Part shown: piece after piece, positions 32,471 to 42,085 of the stretch | Layout of the letters: the number at the start of each line of letters is the position of its first letter | How positions within the stretch are numbered: position 1 is the stretch's first letter | Source of the DNA: an uncultured Acidobacteriota bacterium | GTDB lineage: Bacteria; Actinomycetota; Acidimicrobiia; Spongiisociales; ZC4RG35 | Direction: 5' to 3' | DNA length: 64,000 nt | Assembly: GCA_963828465.1 (NCBI GenBank) | Contig: CAWHEU010000025.1 | Coordinates: forward strand, 1-64,000 | The notes under the pieces: model-generated | What the model saw: the letters and a program-made list of their open reading frames with translations, nothing else | What the model was told of the DNA's origin: nothing | Databases searched by the model: none | Program-made: the position numbers and the translations under genes

Positions 32471-33520
32471 TCAGGTCGGGGCAGGCGCCGTCGAGCCCCG
32501 AACCACCAGCTCCGGCGCCGCAAGGTGGGTCTCGGCGGGCCGGCCTGGATCCGCGATTGTCTCCAGCAAGAGATTCGCCGCCATCGAGCCCAGGTTGTTC
32601 TGGGAGATGTGGACTGTCGTGAGCGGTGGTGAGAACCGGTCGCCGTACGGCATGTCGTTGAAGCCGACCACCGAGACGTCTTCTGGACACGATCGCCCGA
32701 CTTCCCGGATGGCATCGATCGCACCCAACGCGAGCCGGTCGTTGGCGGCGAGCACAGCAGTGGTGTCGGGACGCTCCTCGAGCAGGTCACTCGTCACCCG
32801 GTAACCCTCCTCCTCGGTGTGACGGTTGGCAAAGCCGTGACTCCCGCTCAGACCCGCTTCCTGGAGCGTCTCTTCGAACGTCCCGAGCCGATTGACGGTG
32901 GACGAGACGTCTTCCGGTCCTCCGACGTGCACGATGTTGCGATGGCCAAGCGAGAACAGGTGCTCCACCGCCAGACGGGTCCCGGTGCGGTCATCGGGGA
33001 GCACGGCGCTGATCTCGCGGCCTTCGGCCCCACGATTGAAGAGCACCACCGGGATTCCTTCGTCGACGAGCCAAGCCAGAACGGCGTCGTCTTCCCTGGC
33101 CACCCCGTACAGAAGGCCATCTGCCTGAACTCCGAGCATGGCAGACACTTGAGACTCGGCGTGCTTCGGGTCGTCGTCGGTGCTGGCGAGTATCAGCGAG
33201 TACCCGTGGGCATAGAGGACGTCGCCGGCACCGCGGGTGATACCCGCCTGATAGAGATTGGCCACGTCGGGAACGACCATCCCGACCACGAGAGTTCGTC
33301 CGGTGCGTAGGGCGCGGGCGATGGTGTTGCGGCGATAACCGAGTTTTCGGGCCACCGCGCGGATTCGCTCGTCGGTGTCCTGGGTGATCCGCCCTGCGGC
33401 GGCCTGGTCGTTGAGGACGCGGGAAACGGTGGACACATGCACGCCGGCCTCGCGGGCGACGTCACGCAACGTCGGCGGCTTGCCCGCTCGCGTCTCGCCA
33501 TTTCCACCAGGAGTACTCAC
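32471..33520 (-). CDS. LacI family transcriptional regulator (regulon B)
   Basis: PTLRDVAREAGVHVSTVSRVLN, NTIARAL, VSVVGFND, PPLTTV; start probably GTG 33520. Confidence 0.93.
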   Translation of the reverse strand: MSTPGGNGETRAGKPPTLRDVAREAGVHVSTVSRVLNDQAAAGRITQDTDERIRAVARKLGYRRNTIARALRTGRTLVVGMVVPDVANLYQAGITRGAGDVLYAHGYSLILASTDDDPKHAESQVSAMLGVQADGLLYGVAREDDAVLAWLVDEGIPVVLFNRGAEGREISAVLPDDRTGTRLAVEHLFSLGHRNIVHVGGPEDVSSTVNRLGTFEETLQEAGLSGSHGFANRHTEEEGYRVTSDLLEERPDTTAVLAANDRLALGAIDAIREVGRSCPEDVSVVGFNDMPYGDRFSPPLTTVHISQNNLGSMAANLLLETIADPGRPAETHLAAPELVVRGSTAPAPT

Positions 33521-33569
33521 AGGGCGAGGGTACCCAAACCCCTCAGGCCGACTGATGGCACCGCATTTC

Positions 33570-34772
33570 TTACGCCTGAGCGCCACCCGTATCCGGAAGA
33601 AACCTCCAGGAGAACAAGGCCGCAGCTACCAGGACGCCCGCCACGAACAGAAAAGCCACGACTCTGCCGAATCCGGCGAACAGGCCCGTGACTACCAGCG
33701 GTCCGGTGATCAAGCCGAGATCCCCGACGAATCGAAAACGGCCCAAATGCGATCCGACTCGAGCCGGGTCGGTGATATCCCCCAGGATCGTGGCCGCAAC
33801 AGGGACCGCGAAGCTGGCCAGCGACATGACGACGATGGCAGCGATCCAAAGGGCAACAGTGGGCTGAAGCGTGAGAAGCGCGACACCGAAGGCTTGGATG
33901 AACAGACCCGGCACGAGCACGGACTTTCTCGAGAGTCGATCGGACAACCGGCCACCCACGAGCGTCCCCGCGAACCGCGCCAGCCCCCCTACGCCCAGGG
34001 CGAGCCCAATGGCTGCAGTGCCCAGGCCGAGGTCGTCGGCTCCGATGATCGGCACCATCGTCTGAGAGACAGAGCCCAGAGTGAGGAAGACGGCGAAAGA
34101 CACGCTCTGCAGGACCAGGAGCGGCAGGAAGGATCGGCCCCCTGGGTCAGCAAGACCGCGATCGCCCGCCCGGGCGGCCGACGCCGGAGGGGGCCGGTTC
34201 GACCGGGCCGTCAACAAGACGAGAACCACGATCCCGGCGGCTCCGGCGCCTACGAACATCGCAACCCGCCAGCCACCGATGGATGCGATCAAACCGGCCG
34301 TCGCCGGCCCGATGGCCTGCCCGCCCAGCAAGGCAGCCGAGAAGATCGCCATGGACGTGCCTCGATGACTGTCGCCGGACACAGTCGAGAAGAAGGTCAT
34401 CCCCGTGGCGTTGGTAGTGGCCGAGCAGATCCCGAGCAGGAAAGAGGCAACGTAGACCACGAGTGCCACCCAGGAGAGCCCGAGGAGCAGGCTGCCCAGA
34501 GCCACGCCTCCCGCTGACAGTGCCATGAGGTTGATAGCCCTCACCCTGTCAGCGAAATGGCCGCCCGGCAGGTCGGCCACGAGTCTGCCCAAGGCGAACA
34601 CGGTCGTCACGAGCCCCAACTGAAAGGTCGACATCGACAGCTCACGGCCGAACTCGGGCAAAAGGGCGACCCGGAAGAAGGCGACTGCAGTGAGGGTGAG
34701 AACGGCCGCTGAAACGAGGCTCGGCTCCCGCAGCCCGGTCGTGGCGCGCAGACGACGGATGTAATCTCGCAT
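33570..34772 (-). CDS. MFS transporter
   Basis: Motif A-like GHFADRVR and GRLSDRLSRK; about 12 hydrophobic segments. The 678-aa ORF has a spurious N-terminal extension. Confidence 0.85.
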   Translation of the reverse strand: MRDYIRRLRATTGLREPSLVSAAVLTLTAVAFFRVALLPEFGRELSMSTFQLGLVTTVFALGRLVADLPGGHFADRVRAINLMALSAGGVALGSLLLGLSWVALVVYVASFLLGICSATTNATGMTFFSTVSGDSHRGTSMAIFSAALLGGQAIGPATAGLIASIGGWRVAMFVGAGAAGIVVLVLLTARSNRPPPASAARAGDRGLADPGGRSFLPLLVLQSVSFAVFLTLGSVSQTMVPIIGADDLGLGTAAIGLALGVGGLARFAGTLVGGRLSDRLSRKSVLVPGLFIQAFGVALLTLQPTVALWIAAIVVMSLASFAVPVAATILGDITDPARVGSHLGRFRFVGDLGLITGPLVVTGLFAGFGRVVAFLFVAGVLVAAALFSWRFLPDTGGAQA

Positions 34773-34790
34773 GGATCGAAAGGGCATGCT

Positions 34791-34802
34791 ACAAACGTTT
34801 GT
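34791..34802. promoter_or_regulatory. LacI-type operator, class B (ACAAACGTTTGT)
   Basis: Perfect palindrome in the MFS/LVIVD divergent gap. Confidence 0.7.
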
Positions 34803-34832
34803 GCAGGCCCCAGGTGGGAAGCGCGAGGACCC

Positions 34833-35999
34833 ATGCACCCCGAAGACACGGCTGGATTTCGACTCGTCGGTCAGTCCGATCTGAACGGCTTCGGCGACGG
34901 CATGCAGGTCATGCCTCACGGCGACACCCTCTACGTCGGTCACTTCGGGCCGAGCGGCATGGGCACCTCGATCCTCGACATCTCGGACCGGGCGACGCCC
35001 CTGGTGGTACGGCAGTGGGAGGCACCTGAGGGGTCCCATACCCACAAGGTCCAGGTGGCCGACGGCCTGCTGATGACCAATCACGAGCTGTTTCGTAGTG
35101 AGGGGCCGGCCCCGGTGGGGATGGCCATCTACGACCTCGATGACCCGCACGACCCTCAACGGCTCGGCTTCTTCGACACCGGCGGCCGCGGTGTCCACCG
35201 AATCGTCTACGAAGGCGGCGGCTTTGCCTATGTCTCGGCGACCCCCGACGGTTACACCGGTCGAATCTGGCTGATCGTCGACGTTTCCGATCCGGCCAAC
35301 CCGTCCGAAGTCGGTCGCTGGTGGTGGCCCGGGATGTGGACTTCGGATGGCGAGACCTTGGACACGCCTGAGGGCGAGGATTGGCTCGTCCACCATGCGA
35401 TGGTCCACGAAAACCGTGCCTACCTTGGTTTCTGGGATGGTGGGATGGTGGTGATAGACATCTCCGACCCGTCCAGCCCAACGACGATCTCCCGACTCGG
35501 ATGGGAGGAAGGAGGACACACCCACACCTGCCTCCCGCTTCCCGACCGCGATCTCGTGGTCGTCACCGATGAGGTGTTGACGGAAGGATGCGACGGGGAC
35601 AGACACATGATCAGAGTCGTAGACGTCTCCGATGAGAGGGCCCCCTTCGTGCGTTCGATCTGCCCGGTGCCCGAGGGCGATTTCTGTCAGCGGGGGCTCC
35701 GCTTCGGGTCACACTGCCTCCACGAGAACCGCCCCAACAGCTATCGGAGCCAGGAGCTCGTGTTCGCCACGTACTTCAACGCCGGTCTCAGGGTCTACGA
35801 CCTCGCCGACCCCGACGACCCGGTGGAGATCGCGCACTGGATCCCTGAATGCCCCCCGAACCAGGCTGCGGCCCAGATCAACGATGTTTTCGTATCCGAG
35901 GACCACACCGTCTACGTGACCGACAGAGTCAACGGCGGCGTTTACATCCTCGAGCCAGACATCACCTTGTCCACCCGCATGACGCAAGCGGCGTCGTGA
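34833..35999 (+). CDS. LVIVD repeat (beta-propeller) protein
   Basis: Repeats ILDISDRATP, IYDLDDPHDP, LIVDVSDPANP, VIDISDPSSP, VVDVSDERAP, VYDLADPDDP; conserved-looking His motifs (HTHK, GVHR, VHH, HTHT, GSHC). Confidence 0.85.
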   Translation: MHPEDTAGFRLVGQSDLNGFGDGMQVMPHGDTLYVGHFGPSGMGTSILDISDRATPLVVRQWEAPEGSHTHKVQVADGLLMTNHELFRSEGPAPVGMAIYDLDDPHDPQRLGFFDTGGRGVHRIVYEGGGFAYVSATPDGYTGRIWLIVDVSDPANPSEVGRWWWPGMWTSDGETLDTPEGEDWLVHHAMVHENRAYLGFWDGGMVVIDISDPSSPTTISRLGWEEGGHTHTCLPLPDRDLVVVTDEVLTEGCDGDRHMIRVVDVSDERAPFVRSICPVPEGDFCQRGLRFGSHCLHENRPNSYRSQELVFATYFNAGLRVYDLADPDDPVEIAHWIPECPPNQAAAQINDVFVSEDHTVYVTDRVNGGVYILEPDITLSTRMTQAAS

Positions 36000-36024
36000 G
36001 CGATCGAGGAGACCCGATTCGACA

Positions 36025-37032
36025 GTGACCACCTACGACATCCACGCGCATTGCATCCCGGCAGCCTTGCTGGACCTCTTGCGCGAGGAGGGCCCCCGCC
36101 TGGGCATCGAGTTGGCAGATGACGGCAAGGGCGAATACGCGGTGATAGCAGGCAGGGTGCGCCTGGCCCCCTTCAACCCGGTGCTGACCGACCTCGATGC
36201 CCGCCTGCGCGCCATGGATGCCACCGGAGTCGACGTCCAGCTCATCTCGGGCTGGATCGACTTGACCGCGTATGCGCTGAGCCCTGCTGTCGCGGGCGAG
36301 TACTCACGCCAGTTCAACGAGATCATCGCCGCGGAGGCGGGCCGACATCCCGATCGCCTACTCCCTCTAGGGACAGTCCCGTTGCAGGACCCGGCTCGAG
36401 CGGCCGAGGAGCTGGCCTTCGCAGTCGGAGACCTGGGCATGGCCGGGGTGCAGATCGCCACGACCGTCGACGGCACCGACCTCGATCAGGCCGGGCTCGA
36501 CCCTTTCTGGGAGGCGGCCGAGGACCTCGGATGCCCCGTGGTATTGCACCCCTGCGACCCGCTCCCCGGAGTGGATCTGTCGCGCAACTTCCTCGACAAC
36601 ATGGTCGGGCGCCCCGCAGAGAGCACAATCGCGGTGGCGCACCTTCTGTTCAGTGGCGCCCTGGAGCGCTTCCCTGGTCTCATCCTCTGCGTGGTGCACG
36701 GCGGCGGCTTCATCCCCTATCAGCTCGGCCGCATGCAACGAGGATTCGATGCCGTGCCCAAACTGACCGCGAACAACATCTCGACGCCGCCATCCGAGCT
36801 GGCACGTCGCCTCTACTACGACACCGTCCTTCACGACCCTGCCCCGCTGGCGTTCCTGGTCGACCACGTCGGTGCCGATCACGTTCTCATGGGGACCGAC
36901 TACCCGTTCCCGATGGGTGACCCCACGCCGGTGGACACGGTCGCTTCGATTCCCGGTCTCACGGACGAGCAGAGAGACCTCATCCTCGGAGGGAACGTCG
37001 CTCGTCTGCTCCAGGCGACCAACCACCAATGA
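36025..37032 (+). CDS. Amidohydrolase_2 family protein (ACMSD/decarboxylase-like)
   Basis: DIHAH, VLHP, HGGGFIPY, YYDT, MGTDYPF. Confidence 0.88.
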   Translation: MTTYDIHAHCIPAALLDLLREEGPRLGIELADDGKGEYAVIAGRVRLAPFNPVLTDLDARLRAMDATGVDVQLISGWIDLTAYALSPAVAGEYSRQFNEIIAAEAGRHPDRLLPLGTVPLQDPARAAEELAFAVGDLGMAGVQIATTVDGTDLDQAGLDPFWEAAEDLGCPVVLHPCDPLPGVDLSRNFLDNMVGRPAESTIAVAHLLFSGALERFPGLILCVVHGGGFIPYQLGRMQRGFDAVPKLTANNISTPPSELARRLYYDTVLHDPAPLAFLVDHVGADHVLMGTDYPFPMGDPTPVDTVASIPGLTDEQRDLILGGNVARLLQATNHQ

Positions 37033-38175
37033 CAGCGAGCGGACCCGTGGCGTCCTTCAACCCCGAGTTCGAGTCCCTGACCTGCTTCGACTGCGGTGCC
37101 CATCACGAAATCGGACGACTCCACTCCGTGTGCGAGTCTTGCGGTCTGCCCCTGCAGGTCAACATGAGGTTGAAGCCCGACACCGACCCGGCTTCGGTGA
37201 TCGACCCTTCCATCCACTCCCTTTGGCGCTACTCGGCGGTTCTACCCGTCCTCCCCGAAGCGGCCATCTCGCTCACGGAGGGGTGGACACCACTGGTGAG
37301 GCCGACGCGCGAACCTGGGTGAAGGACGAGGCCCGGAACCCGACCGGGTCCTTCAAGGCGCGCGGCATGTCGATGGGGGTGTCCGCGGCCGTCGCCCTCG
37401 GCGTCCAACGCCTCGTCGCCCCATCGGCAGGGAACGCTGCGGGCGCGCTTCGGCGTATGGGGCCGCAGCCGGCGTGGAAGTGCTGGTGGCGATGCCCGAG
37501 GACACGCCTCGGCAGTTCGTCGAGGAATGCCGGCAGTACGGGGCACAGGTGGAAATGGTCCCCGGCACGATCGCCGACTCGGGCAGATGGTTGGCCGAGC
37601 ACCGATCGCCGCACGACTTCGACCTATCCACCCTCAAGGAGCCATTCCGCGTCGAGGGCAAGAAGACGATGGGGTACGAGCTGTGGGAGCAGTTCGACGG
37701 CGACCTGCCCGACGTGATCGTCTACCCGACCGGAGGTGGGACGGGCCTGGTCGGGATGTGGAAGGCCTTCGACGAGATGGAGGCCATGGGATGGATCGGG
37801 GCGAATCGGCCCCGACTCGTATCGGTGCAATCAGACGGGTGTGCCCCCGTGGTCGAGGGGTTCAGGACGAAAAGCCGTCGCACCGAGCCCTGGCCCGATC
37901 CCCGGACCACGGCCTACGGGCTTCGGGTGCCCAACCCCATCGCAGGGTTCATCTGCCTCCGCGCTCTCCGGGAGACCGGGGGCACGGCGATCGCAGTCCC
38001 GGAATCCGACATCGAGACGGCTTCGGCCGCGATGTCCGCCGCCACGGGTGTCGACGCCTGCCCCGAGGCGGGGGCGGCGTGGGCCGCCTTCGAGACTCTG
38101 CGCGATCGTGGCTGGATCGGGCCCGAGGAGAGGACGCTCGTGTTCAACACCGGGACCGGTCTCAAGTACCGCTGA
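37029..38175 (+). CDS. Threonine synthase-like PLP enzyme (fold type II); frameshifts near 37300 and 37450
   Basis: N-terminal CxxC..CxxC, EGWTPL, NPTGSFKARG, PSAGNA, EGKKTMG, YPTGGGTG, FNTGTGLKY. Confidence 0.85.
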
Positions 38176-38181
38176 GGTCCG

Positions 38182-39114
38182 CTAACGGCCCTCGGTCCGC
38201 GGGTCGAGGACGTCTCGCAAGCCGTCACCCACGAGGTTGAACGAGAGCGCCCACAGGAACACCATGAGACCCGGGAACGTCGAGGTCCACCACCGCCCGG
38301 CGATGATGTCGGCCTGGCCCTCACTCACCAGAGTCCCCCACTCCGCCTGCCCGGCCACGGCTAGCCCGATGAAGGCGAGAGTCGCACCCAACAACACGGC
38401 GTGACCCATGTCCAGGGTCCCCTGAACGGCCACTGGCGTGAATGAGTTGGGGAGGATGTCCCTTCGGATGATTCCGAACCGGGAGTCCCCGACGGCCCGC
38501 GCCGCGTCGACATAGTCCTCTTCACGCACCTGGAGTATCTGACTTCGGACGATCCGGGCGTAGCGCGCCCACATGATCACTATCAGCGCGACGACGATGT
38601 TCTCGAACGAAGGCCCGAGAATTGCGGCAATCGCCAGTGGGAACACCAGCGTGGGGATAGCCAGGAAGACGTCCACGACCCGCATCAGGACGGCGTCGAC
38701 CTTGCCCCCAACGATCCCGGCGGTGCAGCCGACGATGAGACCTATGAGCATGGCGCCCGCGACGACGTAGATCGAGAGCTGCAACGAGAGGCGGGCGCCC
38801 CAGACGATTCCGTAGAGGACGTCGCCGCCGAGACGGGTGGTGCCCAGCAGGTGGCCCGGTGAACCCGGCGGCGCGGCGACCGCACTCAGGTCCCGCGGCA
38901 TCTGATAGGCGCCACGCGGGTTCGCGTCGACCAGGAGGGGAGCGAAGATGGCCATGCCCAAAAGGAGCACGATCATGATCGCCCCAAACCTCGTGCTCCC
39001 CTTGCTGAACACCTCTCGCGTGGTCGAGGCCAATCGCCCCACCTTGACTCTGAGCGGCGACTCCCGCACCGGCACCCCTGGTGCTCGCTCGGCGCGGACG
39101 GCTGAGAACCACAT
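38182..39114 (-). CDS. Peptide/nickel ABC permease (DppC-like)
   Basis: HLLGTTRLGGDV, YVDAARAVG (EAA loop), DGLRDVLDPR. Confidence 0.92.
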   Translation of the reverse strand: MWFSAVRAERAPGVPVRESPLRVKVGRLASTTREVFSKGSTRFGAIMIVLLLGMAIFAPLLVDANPRGAYQMPRDLSAVAAPPGSPGHLLGTTRLGGDVLYGIVWGARLSLQLSIYVVAGAMLIGLIVGCTAGIVGGKVDAVLMRVVDVFLAIPTLVFPLAIAAILGPSFENIVVALIVIMWARYARIVRSQILQVREEDYVDAARAVGDSRFGIIRRDILPNSFTPVAVQGTLDMGHAVLLGATLAFIGLAVAGQAEWGTLVSEGQADIIAGRWWTSTFPGLMVFLWALSFNLVGDGLRDVLDPRTEGR

Positions 39115-39117
39115 GGG

Positions 39118-40128
39118 CTAGGTCTTCCTCAAGACGACACGACGGTCGAGGTATCCGTAGAGGACGTCCACCACGAGGTTGACGATCAGGAACAGGATGC
39201 TGGTGAAGATGACGAAGGCGAGCGTGGTCCCCTGATCACCGCTCAGAACGGATGCCGCCATCCAGCTGCCCAGGCCTGGCCAGCCGAAGATGGTCTCCAC
39301 CACCACGGTGCCTTCGAACATGATCCCGATCGCAAGGCCGACCACCGTGATGGTGGGAATGAAGGCGTTGCGACGAGCATGTCGGCGAACGACGAGGTTT
39401 TCCGGGAGCCCACGGGCTCGAGCGGCATCGACGTAATCCTTGCCCATCTCCTCCAGCAGCGAGGAGCGCATCATTCGGGTGACGATGCCCACCGCGGCGT
39501 AGCCCAGCGTGAGGGCCGGCAGCACCAGATGCCACAGGGCGTCCCGGAGTGCCTGGGCGTTCCCGGCGAGGATCGAGTCGATCACGTAGAAGTTGGTGGG
39601 ATGGGGGATGCTGGCCCAGAGGTCTGGGTCGGATCGCCCGTGGGGGAACCAGCCCAAATAGGACCAGAAGATGATCAGGAGGACGATGCCGAGCCAGAAG
39701 GTAGGCATGCTCGCCCCACCCACAGCGAAGACACTCGTCAGCTGATCCGGCGAACGGTTACGACGTCTGGCCGCGAAAGTGCCCAGCCCGATCCCCAGAG
39801 TGACCGCCCAGAGAGCGGCGGCCGCTCCCAGCTCGAATGATGCGGGGATTTTCTGTCGGAAGACGTCGACCACCGGCGCCCCCGCCACTGCCGACCAGCC
39901 GAGCTCTCCCCGGACTACCCCACCGAGCCAGGCGAGGTATTGCATTGGCACCGGCTCGTCGAGGTTGAAGCGCTCCTCGAGGGCGGCGATCTCCTCGTCG
40001 GTCATACCGGGGGTCAGATAGGGGCCAATCGTGGTCCCACCGAGACGGGTGAGGCCGAACACCAGGATGCTCACCGCCAGGATCACGAATGGCAGTGCCA
40101 GCAGCCTCCGTCCGATGAATCTATGCAA
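39118..40128 (-). CDS. Peptide/nickel ABC permease (DppB-like)
   Basis: HLVLPALTL, DYVDAARARGL, ETIFGWPGLG, NLVVDVLYGYLD. Confidence 0.92.
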   Translation of the reverse strand: MHRFIGRRLLALPFVILAVSILVFGLTRLGGTTIGPYLTPGMTDEEIAALEERFNLDEPVPMQYLAWLGGVVRGELGWSAVAGAPVVDVFRQKIPASFELGAAAALWAVTLGIGLGTFAARRRNRSPDQLTSVFAVGGASMPTFWLGIVLLIIFWSYLGWFPHGRSDPDLWASIPHPTNFYVIDSILAGNAQALRDALWHLVLPALTLGYAAVGIVTRMMRSSLLEEMGKDYVDAARARGLPENLVVRRHARRNAFIPTITVVGLAIGIMFEGTVVVETIFGWPGLGSWMAASVLSGDQGTTLAFVIFTSILFLIVNLVVDVLYGYLDRRVVLRKT

Positions 40129-40178
40129 CCTTCAACTCCCAAGAGCGAGTCTACGGCACCTCCAGATCAGTATGGAGG

Positions 40179-40208
40179 GCGCCGGAAGAGCGGGGACTCT
40201 TCCGGCGC
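40179..40208 (-). terminator. Intercistronic stem-loop downstream of the family-5 binding-protein gene
   Basis: 12-bp stem GCGCCGGAAGAG / CTCTTCCGGCGC with a 6-nt loop. Confidence 0.65.
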
Positions 40209-40221
40209 TTCGCTCGATGTA

Positions 40222-41919
40222 TTACTTGTCGTAGATCGCCCAGTACTGCGAGGGACGCGGCCACATCGGGTTCTCGATGTGCCCGGTCACCCAATCGCCA
40301 CGAGCCGAGGGTGCCGCCTCGTTGGCGGGCATGATCCACATCGCCTCGTCGTAAAGGACGGTCTGGAGCTCGGAGATGATCGACAGACGTTCGTCCTCAT
40401 CCAGTGCAGTGCTGGCCCCGTTGACAAGGTCGTCGACGGCCTGCGCATCGCTGTAGCCGTCTACGAAGCTGTTGACACTCCCGTACCTGCCATCGGACAG
40501 GGCGCTGTCGAAGAAGTAGGCGTCGGGGGTGCTGTACTGCGAGCTGGTGTAGGACCACATCGCCGCAGGCAGCGGGTCGGTAGCCAGTGCCTCGTCGAAC
40601 TGTGCCTCCGGCACCGCCAGCACGTTCACGTGGAAGTTGGGGTTCAGTGCCTCGATGCTGTCCTTGAGGGTCAGCGCCGCTCCCGTGAATCCCTCGTGGG
40701 TCTGGTCGCTGATGATCGAGATGGTGAAGCCCTCGTCCCAGTATCCAGCCTCGGTGAACAGCTGCTCGGCCATCGCCGCGTCTGTCTCGTATATGGGAGC
40801 GTCCGGGTCGTAGCCGAACATCCCGGTGGGGAGGACGAAGCTGTTCCGGCCACCCAGCCCGCCAAGGATCCCGGCAATGTAGCCCTCGTAGTCGAAGGCA
40901 TAGTTGAACGCCTGCCGGACTCGCACGTCCTGGAAGAAATCGAGCGGGATGGTGTCACCCTCGGGCAACGCACCTTCGGCGATGTTCATGTTCATGCCGA
41001 TCTGGAGCACCTGCAGGTCGAGATTCGCATCGTCGACCACGGCATGCTCGATGGGCTCGATGGAAGGCACGTCGGTAGGGCTGATGTCGACGATGTCGTA
41101 TTCCTTGGCCTGGAGACCGGTGGCGGGGGAGTCGACGATCAACTCCCAACGCACCGGCAAATGCGCCGGCTCGCCCCAGTAGTCCGGGTTGATGTCGAAT
41201 GTCATGCGGTCGCCACGCTCCCAGGAGGCGAGGGTGTAAGGGCCGGTGCCGACCATGTTCTGGGCCATGTACTCGTTGGGCGTGTCGGCCACGATGCCAC
41301 CGTTCGCGTCAACGGCATCGGGGCTCACGACACTGGCCGCCACACCGGCGGCGACGCGGCCGAGGAAGGCGGCGTCGACCTGGTTGAGGGTGACCTCGAA
41401 TGTGAAGTCGTCCACCACCCGGGTCTCGGCGACATTCTCGAACAGAGTTGCCTGACCCTCGGGGAGGTTCATCTCAACGACCCGGTCCCAGGAGTACTTG
41501 ACATCCTCGGCGGTGAGATCGGTCCCATCTGAGAACGTCACACCCTCTTGGAGGGTGAAGGTATAGGTGAGCCCGTCCTCGGAGAGCAGACCGTTCTCGA
41601 CCGTGGGGACCTCGGTGGCGAGGGAGGGAACGGGCGAGCCACTGTCCGGGGGGATAGCGACGAGTCGGTCGTATACGTTCAGGATGGCGTTCTGACCTAC
41701 GTCGTTCTCGTTCACCGCGGCGGGATCGAGGTTGAAGACGTCGTCGTTGACGGTCACCACAAGGACATCGGGGTTGGGGACCTCCCCACTGGCTGCGCTG
41801 GTACCCGACGTGTCACCGGTGGTGCTGTCGGTCGTCTCCCCGCTGCTACAAGCCGCGGTGACCAGCGCAAGAACGGCGACCAGGGCCAGCATCCTCCACG
41901 CAATCGTTTTACGTCCCAT
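40222..41919 (-). CDS. ABC transporter substrate-binding lipoprotein, family 5 (DppA/OppA-like)
   Basis: Lipobox TAAC, NLDPA, YTFTLQEGVTFSDG, GTGPY, VRQAFNYAFD; GAGGAGG RBS. Confidence 0.92.
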   Translation of the reverse strand: MGRKTIAWRMLALVAVLALVTAACSSGETTDSTTGDTSGTSAASGEVPNPDVLVVTVNDDVFNLDPAAVNENDVGQNAILNVYDRLVAIPPDSGSPVPSLATEVPTVENGLLSEDGLTYTFTLQEGVTFSDGTDLTAEDVKYSWDRVVEMNLPEGQATLFENVAETRVVDDFTFEVTLNQVDAAFLGRVAAGVAASVVSPDAVDANGGIVADTPNEYMAQNMVGTGPYTLASWERGDRMTFDINPDYWGEPAHLPVRWELIVDSPATGLQAKEYDIVDISPTDVPSIEPIEHAVVDDANLDLQVLQIGMNMNIAEGALPEGDTIPLDFFQDVRVRQAFNYAFDYEGYIAGILGGLGGRNSFVLPTGMFGYDPDAPIYETDAAMAEQLFTEAGYWDEGFTISIISDQTHEGFTGAALTLKDSIEALNPNFHVNVLAVPEAQFDEALATDPLPAAMWSYTSSQYSTPDAYFFDSALSDGRYGSVNSFVDGYSDAQAVDDLVNGASTALDEDERLSIISELQTVLYDEAMWIMPANEAAPSARGDWVTGHIENPMWPRPSQYWAIYDK

Positions 41920-41970
41920 GTGAGGTCCTCCTCGAATTTTGTCCCACACGAACTGGCTTAGATTGTTTGC

Positions 41971-41982
41971 CCAATCGTTTGC
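41971..41982. promoter_or_regulatory. LacI-type operator, class B (CCAATCGTTTGC)
   Basis: In the divergent binding-protein/M24 gap. Confidence 0.6.
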
Positions 41983-42085
41983 AACGCTAACCAGGAGCGT
42001 GAGACGGTGCAACCAATTCGGGGTGCTTTCTGGGCGGGTTCCACGGCTATGGTCCGTCGGCCAAAACCGACAACGGAGTGACGTC

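Noticed and set aside
34773-35606. Apparent 678-aa MFS with a long N-terminal domain
   Set aside because: The extension is antisense to the LVIVD gene; stop-poor shadow frame in high-GC DNA.
39940-41532. 530-aa plus-strand ORF and many similar antisense ORFs
   Set aside because: Mirror frames of well-supported genes with no recognisable motifs.
41900-41911. GCAATCGTTTTA operator-like word
   Set aside because: Inside the signal-peptide coding region with a degenerate right half; at most an auxiliary site.
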